In this document: in pieces, positions 26,810 to 32,000 of the stretch
Position numbering within the stretch: the first letter of the stretch is position 1
Layout of the letters: every line of letters begins with the position of its first letter
Origin: Mycobacterium tuberculosis H37Rv
Lineage (GTDB): Bacteria; Actinomycetota; Actinomycetes; Mycobacteriales; Mycobacteriaceae
Direction: 5' to 3'
NCBI RefSeq assembly: GCF_000195955.2
Contig: NC_000962.3
Location: 2,910,001-2,942,000, forward strand
DNA length: 32,000 nucleotides
Made by a program: the position numbers and the translations under genes
The notes under the pieces: model-generated
The model's input: only the letters and a program-made list of their open reading frames with translations
Databases searched by the model: none
Told to the model about the DNA's origin: nothing

Positions 26810-27865
26810 TCAGCGGATGGGCTGAGGAACGCCGGCATCGCGCGCGGCTCCGTTGTCCAGCGCGACGTCCACCAGCCGGTTGGCTGCCGGCAACAGCTCG
26901 CCTAGTTGCAACGGGTACACCCGCTCGCCCGCCGCCACCAGCTGCGCGATGTCGTTCGCGTCACACCAGCGGGCATCGCGAATATAGCGGCGTTCCAACT
27001 CGGTTCGCCCCTGCACAGCAGGCTCGAACCGACGCGTCCGGTGCACCAGGTAGAACTCCTCGCTGTCGATCAGCGACCCGTTGAACTCGAAGACCTCGTC
27101 GCGTCGCCAGATAGGTCCGATCATGTCGGCCGGGGCCACCCGCAGACCGGTTTCTTCGGCCAGCTCCCGGGCGGCGGCCTGGGCCAGCCGCTCACCCGGT
27201 CGCACTTGGCCCCCGACGGTGAACCACCACTTCGGCGCCGCGCCGTCCCGAAACGCCGGGTTCGCCGGATCCGATCCGCACAGCAACAACACGGCACCGC
27301 TGTCATCCAATAGCACCACCCGCGCCGAGGTGCGGCGACCGGACGCACCCTGATCGCCGTGCACCAATGCGTGGGGTCGCTCGACGATCTCGAAATAGGT
27401 TGGCAGCACAGCGGTTCCACCAAGCCGCAGCAATCGCACCAGCCGTCGTTCCCCCAGAGCGAGGGTGTCGCGAACGGCGTCGTTGTGGAAGCGGCGGGCC
27501 AGCAGGACGCGGGCTTCCGCGTCGGCTAACTCGGCGATCAGGGCCGCGGGCAGCGACGCGGGGTTGACCATCGCCAACGCGGCCGAAAGCTCGTTCTCCG
27601 CATTCTCGCGCGCATGCCGGGGCGCGCCCTCCGCGGCGTCGGCTAAGGCGGCCAGCCGACTGCCCTGGGGGGCACCGCCGTACGCGTCGATCGCCACCGC
27701 ACGTGCCACCACCGCTCGTCGCGCGAGCGCGCTGTCCAGCGACTGCCACGACAAGTCATAGCGCACGTTCAACCGGTTCAACCGGTTGGCCGTCTGATAT
27801 CCCCAGGCGCCGAACGCAACCAGCACAACGAGCAGCACTGCGCCGGCCAGGACCAGCCACGTCAT
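26810..27865 (-). CDS. Membrane-anchored Nudix hydrolase with a LemA-like N-terminal domain (Rv2609c equivalent)
   Basis: 351-aa ORF with an N-terminal TM helix (WLVLAGAVLLVVLVAFGAWGY). A perfect Nudix box, GGQVRPGERLAQAAARELAEETGL, lies at 27143-27211. The N-terminal ~160 aa resemble LemA motifs. Its start overlaps the pimA stop by 1 nt. Confidence 0.9.
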   Translation of the reverse strand: MTWLVLAGAVLLVVLVAFGAWGYQTANRLNRLNVRYDLSWQSLDSALARRAVVARAVAIDAYGGAPQGSRLAALADAAEGAPRHARENAENELSAALAMVNPASLPAALIAELADAEARVLLARRFHNDAVRDTLALGERRLVRLLRLGGTAVLPTYFEIVERPHALVHGDQGASGRRTSARVVLLDDSGAVLLLCGSDPANPAFRDGAAPKWWFTVGGQVRPGERLAQAAARELAEETGLRVAPADMIGPIWRRDEVFEFNGSLIDSEEFYLVHRTRRFEPAVQGRTELERRYIRDARWCDANDIAQLVAAGERVYPLQLGELLPAANRLVDVALDNGAARDAGVPQPIR

Positions 27866-29001
27866 CAGCTGGCCACCTGAACCTTGGCGCCCGACCCGGC
27901 GACCGTCTCGTACACTCGCATGATCTGGCTGGCCACCACCGACCAGTCATACCGGCGGACGGCCGCGTTGCCGGCCGCCACATAGCGCTCCCGCAGGACA
28001 TCGTTCTCCAGCACCGCAATCAGTCCATCGGCCAACGCGGCGGCCTGCAAGTCTGGCGGGTCCACCGGCACCAGGTGCCCGACCTCACCGTCGCGCAGCA
28101 CACGCCGGAAGGCGTCGAGGTCGCTGGCCACCACCGCAGTGCCGGCGGCCATCGCTTCGACCAGCACAATGCCGAAACTCTCACCGCCGGTGTTGGGCGC
28201 ACAGTAGACGTCGGCGCTGCGCATCGCCGAAGCTTTTCCGGCGTCGTCCACCTGACCCAGAAAGCGCAGGTGCGCCGCCAAACGGCCCGCCTGGCCGCGC
28301 AACTGGTCGGCGTCGCCGTGGCCGACGATCAGTAGCTGGACATCCGGAAACCGCTGCACCACCTTCGGCAGCGCGTCGAGCAAAACGGCCATGCCCTTGC
28401 GGGGCTCGTCGTAGCGACCCAGGAACAACACCGTTTTACCCTGGCGCGGGTACCCGTCCAGCCGCGCTGCCGAGGCGAAGGAATCAACGTCCACCCCATT
28501 GGGGATCTCCACCGCATCGGATCCCAACGCCTCCATCTGCCAGCGCCGGGCTAGGTCGGACACCGCGATCCGGCCGACGATCTTCTCGTGCATGGGCCGC
28601 AGAATGCCCTGGAACACCGTCAGCGTCAGCGACTTGGTGGTCGAGGTGTGAAATGTCGCCACAATCGGGCCCTCGGCAATGTTCAGGGCCAGCATCGACA
28701 GGCTCGGCGCATTCGGCTCGTGTAGATGCAGTACGTCGAAATCACCATGCGCAAGCCACTTTTTGACCTTGCGGTGGGTCGCCGGACCGAACCGCAGCCG
28801 GGCCACCGAGCCGTTGTAGGGAATCGGAACCGCCCTACCACCGGAGACAAAGTAATCAGGCAGTGCGGCATGCGGGGAGGCCGGCGCGAGCACACTGACC
28901 AAGTGGCCGCGGGTGCGCATCACCTCGGCAAGCTGTAGCACATGCGACTGCACCCCGCCCGGGACGTCGAACGAGTACGGACAAATCATGCCGATCCGCA
29001 T
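27865..29001 (-). CDS. pimA: Phosphatidylinositol alpha-mannosyltransferase PimA (GT4, GT-B fold)
   Basis: 378-aa ORF MRIGMICPYSFDVPGGVQSHV... with the E-x7-E motif (ESFGIVLVE). The ATG is preceded by GAGGAAAG. Confidence 0.95.
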   Translation of the reverse strand: MRIGMICPYSFDVPGGVQSHVLQLAEVMRTRGHLVSVLAPASPHAALPDYFVSGGRAVPIPYNGSVARLRFGPATHRKVKKWLAHGDFDVLHLHEPNAPSLSMLALNIAEGPIVATFHTSTTKSLTLTVFQGILRPMHEKIVGRIAVSDLARRWQMEALGSDAVEIPNGVDVDSFASAARLDGYPRQGKTVLFLGRYDEPRKGMAVLLDALPKVVQRFPDVQLLIVGHGDADQLRGQAGRLAAHLRFLGQVDDAGKASAMRSADVYCAPNTGGESFGIVLVEAMAAGTAVVASDLDAFRRVLRDGEVGHLVPVDPPDLQAAALADGLIAVLENDVLRERYVAAGNAAVRRYDWSVVASQIMRVYETVAGSGAKVQVAS

Positions 29002-29011
29002 CAGGCTTTCC

Positions 29012-29962
29012 TCATCTGGACCTCAGTTGCGCCCGCCGCGATTCGGATAAGTCGGCCAGCCACTGGGGCTGCAGCATGTGCCAATCCGCGGGATGGGCGG
29101 CAATGTTCTGCGCGAAGCGGTCGGCCAGCGCCTGTGTGATGGCAGCGACGTCACCGCTGGTGCAATCCAGCGCCGGATACACCTGGAAACCCCAGCCGCG
29201 GCCCTCGAACCAGCAATGTGTGGGCAGCAATGCCGCACCGGTCTCGACCGCCAGCTTCGCCGGCCCCACCGGCATCCGGGTGGGCTCGCCGAAGAAGTCG
29301 ACCTCAACACCGGTGCGGGTGAGATCGCGCTCGGCCATCAGGCAGACCACTCGGTTGTTCCTCAGCCGCTCAGAGAGCACCTCGAACGGCGGCCGTTCGC
29401 CGCCGGACAGCGGCAGCACCTCAAATCCCAGGCTTTCGCGGTAGTCGATAAAGCGCTGGTACAGCGATTCGGGTTTTAGGCGCTCGGCGACGGTGGTGAA
29501 GGTGCCGTGCCGCTGCACCAGCCACATCCCGGCCATATCCCAGTTGCCGCTGTGCGGCAACGCCAGCACGGCACCGAGGCCCGCGGCCAGCGCCGCGTCC
29601 AGGTGATCCAGTCCACCGATCACGCGGTCGAGCTGGCGGGCCAGCTTGCGGTGGTTTATCGTCGGCAGCCGGAACACCTCACGCCAGTAGCGCCCGTAGG
29701 ACTCCAGCGAGGCGCACATCAGCGGGTCCGGCACCGCGGCTGGCGGCACACCCAGGACGCGGGCCAGGTTCTTGCGCAGCTGCTCGGGCCCGCCGTGGCG
29801 GGCAAAGTAGCGCGCTCCGGTGTCGAATGCGTTGCGTACGGCGAACTCTGGCAGCGCCCGTACGGCCATCCAGCCGGCCGCATACGCCCAGTCGGTCGCG
29901 GTGCGCGTCACGGAACTGCGCGGATCTTTGGGCAGCTTCAAGCCCTTAAGGCCGGCAATCAC
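29012..29962 (-). CDS. patA: Phosphatidylinositol mannoside acyltransferase (LpxL/HtrB-type acyltransferase)
   Basis: 316 aa from the GTG at 29960-29962 (VIAGLKGLKLPKD...), which forms a GTGA overlap with the pgsA1 stop. An HX4D acyltransferase motif is present in LPHSGNWD. The listed 428-aa ORF over-extends into pgsA1. Confidence 0.9.
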   Translation of the reverse strand: MIAGLKGLKLPKDPRSSVTRTATDWAYAAGWMAVRALPEFAVRNAFDTGARYFARHGGPEQLRKNLARVLGVPPAAVPDPLMCASLESYGRYWREVFRLPTINHRKLARQLDRVIGGLDHLDAALAAGLGAVLALPHSGNWDMAGMWLVQRHGTFTTVAERLKPESLYQRFIDYRESLGFEVLPLSGGERPPFEVLSERLRNNRVVCLMAERDLTRTGVEVDFFGEPTRMPVGPAKLAVETGAALLPTHCWFEGRGWGFQVYPALDCTSGDVAAITQALADRFAQNIAAHPADWHMLQPQWLADLSESRRAQLRSR

Positions 29963-30612
29963 CGGTCGCCCTTTCCAGGAATCGCCATCCGATCGATGGC
30001 TCCGGGTGAAGTCCAGACCGTGTGCAACCGCTGCACGCAGGTGATCACGCTGGCGACGGCCAGCAGCCACATCCCCACCGACAACGCCGGCGGCCAGGGC
30101 ACAAACGGGAAGTCCGACACCCCGGCGCCGGTCAGCACGATGATCAACCGTTCCGGCCGTTCGATGAAGCCGCCGTCGCCGCGCAGCCCGCTGGCCTCCG
30201 CCCGGGCCTTGATGTAAGAGATCACCTGCGAGGTGACCAGACAGATCAAGGTCGCGATCACCAGCGGTCGGTCGCGCATGTGAAACGCTATCCACCACAG
30301 CAGACCGCAGAACACCGCGCCGTCACTGATGCGGTCACAGGTGGCGTCCAGCACCGCGCCGAAGCGAGTGCCGCCCCCGCGCTCCCGGGCCATCGCCCCG
30401 TCCAGCATGTCGAACAACACGAAGAACCACACCACACACGCACCCGCGAACAGCTTGCCCATCGGGAACAGCGTCAGCGCTCCCGCCACCGACGCGGTGG
30501 TGCCCAGGATGGTGACGACGTCCGGCGTGAGGCCGACCCGCAGCAGTCCCCTGGCGATCGGGGTGGTAATCCGGGCGAACGCCGCCCGGGACAGGAAGGG
30601 CAGCTTGCTCAT
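29959..30612 (-). CDS. pgsA1: CDP-diacylglycerol--inositol 3-phosphatidyltransferase (phosphatidylinositol phosphate synthase)
   Basis: 217 aa from the ATG at 30610-30612, which forms an ATGA overlap with the upstream HIT gene stop. The CDP-alcohol phosphatidyltransferase motif DGAMARERGGGTRFGAVLDATCD is present, and the protein is polytopic. Confidence 0.92.
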   Translation of the reverse strand: MSKLPFLSRAAFARITTPIARGLLRVGLTPDVVTILGTTASVAGALTLFPMGKLFAGACVVWFFVLFDMLDGAMARERGGGTRFGAVLDATCDRISDGAVFCGLLWWIAFHMRDRPLVIATLICLVTSQVISYIKARAEASGLRGDGGFIERPERLIIVLTGAGVSDFPFVPWPPALSVGMWLLAVASVITCVQRLHTVWTSPGAIDRMAIPGKGDR

Positions 30613-31196
30613 GGTTGCCGAGCCCACTCGGTGGCAAGCAGCCGACGGGTGTCGCGCAGCAGCTGCGGAATCACCTTGGAGCCCCCGATGATGGTGATGA
30701 AATTCGCATCGCCACCCCACCGTGGCACCACATGCACGTGCAGGTGCTCGGCCAGCGACCCGCCCGCCGATGTCCCTAGGTTCAGGCCGACATTGAAGCC
30801 GTGCGGACGCGACACGTTCTTGATCACGCGAATCGCCTTCTGGGTGAACGCCATCAACTCGGCGCTCTCCAAATCGGTGAGATCCTCGAGTTCGGATACC
30901 CGACGATAGGGCACCACCATCAAGTGCCCGGGGTTGTACGGGTACAGGTTGAGCACGGCGTAGACCAGCTTGCCACGAGCGACCACCAGACCCTCTTCGT
31001 CGGACAGCTGCGGGATCTCGGTGAACGGCTGCGCAGGGCTGGCCGAGGAATTGGGGTCACGCTTCACTGGCGCTTCGGCCAGGTAGTTCATCCGGTAGGG
31101 GGTCCATAACCGCTGCAGCTGGTCGCGCTGGCCGACACCCCGATCGAAGATGGTGTGGTCCTCGGTGGCCCGATCCGTGCGGTCCTCGTCACTCAC
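30609..31196 (-). CDS. HIT-family nucleotide-binding protein (Rv2613c equivalent, reported diadenosine tetraphosphate phosphorylase)
   Basis: 195-aa ORF with a GTG start and the histidine-triad motif HLHVHVVPR. It overlaps the thrS stop by 8 nt. Confidence 0.92.
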
Positions 31197-32000
31197 GACC
31201 GGCCACTTTCACCAGTTCCGCTGTAGGAACCGCATTTTCGCGGTCAGCGATCCAGGCGACAATGGCCGCCACCGCATCGTCACGGGCCACACCGTTGATT
31301 TGGGTGCGGTCACCGAACCGGAAACTCACCGCGCCGGCGGCGACGTCACGATCACCCGCCAACACCATGAACGGCACCTTGTGGTTGGTGTGGTGCACGA
31401 TCTTCTTGGCCATCCGATCGTCGCTGGCGTCCACCTCGGCCCGCACCCCGTGCGACTTCAGTTGCGTGGCAACCTCTTCCAGATAGGCGACGTGCTCATC
31501 GGCGACCGGGATGCCGACCACCTGCACGGGCGCCAACCAGGCCGGGAACGCCCCCGCGTAGTGCTCGGTGAGAATGCCGAAGAACCGCTCGATCGACCCA
31601 AATAGCGCGCGGTGGATCATCACCGGGCGGTGGCGGGTTCCGTCGGCGGCGGTGTACTCCAGGCCGAAACGTTCCGGAAAGTTGAAGTCCAGCTGGATGG
31701 TCGACATCTGCCAGGTGCGGCCCAGCGCGTCTTTGACCTGCACTGAAATCTTGGGCCCGTAGAACGCCGCGCCGCCTGGATCGGGCACCAGCTCCAGCCC
31801 GGATTCGGCGCCCACCTCGGCCAGCACGGTGGTGGCTTCCTCCCAGACCTCCTCGGCGCCGACGAACTTCTCCGGGTCCTTGGTGGACAGTTCGAGGTAG
31901 AAGTCGGTGAGGCCGTAGTCGGCGAGCAGGTCGAGCACAAACCGCAGCAGCGACCGCAGCTCGTCGCGCATCTGGTCGCGGGTGCAGAAGATGTGCGCGT
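31189..32000 (-). CDS. thrS: Threonyl-tRNA synthetase, C-terminal part; gene continues past the window end
   Basis: The frame is open to the window edge. It shows a class II core/motif 3 region ([29 protein letters not shown]) followed by the anticodon-binding domain. Confidence 0.93.

Noticed and set aside
1-32000. Search for mobile elements, prophage genes, tRNA/rRNA genes and known defence-system hallmarks
   Set aside because: I recognised no transposase or integrase ORF, no IS6110-like terminal repeats, no tRNA-like cloverleaf candidates in the intergenic gaps (all under 220 bp) and no nuclease/ATPase/methylase defence cassettes. The only toxin-type systems are the two VapBC pairs.

Overview
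I recognise this window as Mycobacterium tuberculosis complex chromosome, equivalent to H37Rv Rv2583c (relA, 5' end) through Rv2614c (thrS, 3' part). That call comes from recognising the protein sequences; I could not run a search. The window is about 65% GC and gene-dense, and I support 35 protein-coding genes.

The backbone is a minus-strand housekeeping array: thrS, HIT, pgsA1, patA, pimA, Nudix, then pdxS, tesB2, pdxT, yebC-like, then ruvCAB, then yajC, secD, secF, lipoprotein, apt, relA.

All plus-strand genes fall into three blocks that interrupt this array:
- gabT, fadD9 (carboxylic acid reductase type) and PE_PGRS44.
- vapBC40, a five-gene membrane/polyamine cassette (Rv2597-Rv2601 equivalents), and vapBC41.
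- pdxH and PPE42.

Each block ends only 16-21 bp from the stop codon of a converging backbone gene.

I found no rRNA, tRNA, CRISPR array, transposase or integrase.

I see no clear-cut novel system. The best candidate for an under-described one is the TA-bracketed block at 15492-20784, particularly its translationally coupled cassette: a DUF4178-like protein, a soluble protein, a signal-anchored protein, a DUF350-like protein, and a membrane-fused spermidine-synthase-like protein. That cassette also holds an odd strong-SD ATG-TAT-TAG mini-ORF in frame with the DUF350-like gene.

Other items worth a second look:
- A LemA-like/Nudix fusion at the end of the PI/PIM operon.
- The adjacency of gabT and the carboxylic acid reductase.
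- An SOS box shared by a divergent ruvC/vapB40 control region.
- Matching inverted-repeat geometry at two apparently leaderless vapB promoters.

Most of the long alternative-frame ORFs in the supplied track are high-GC artefacts.
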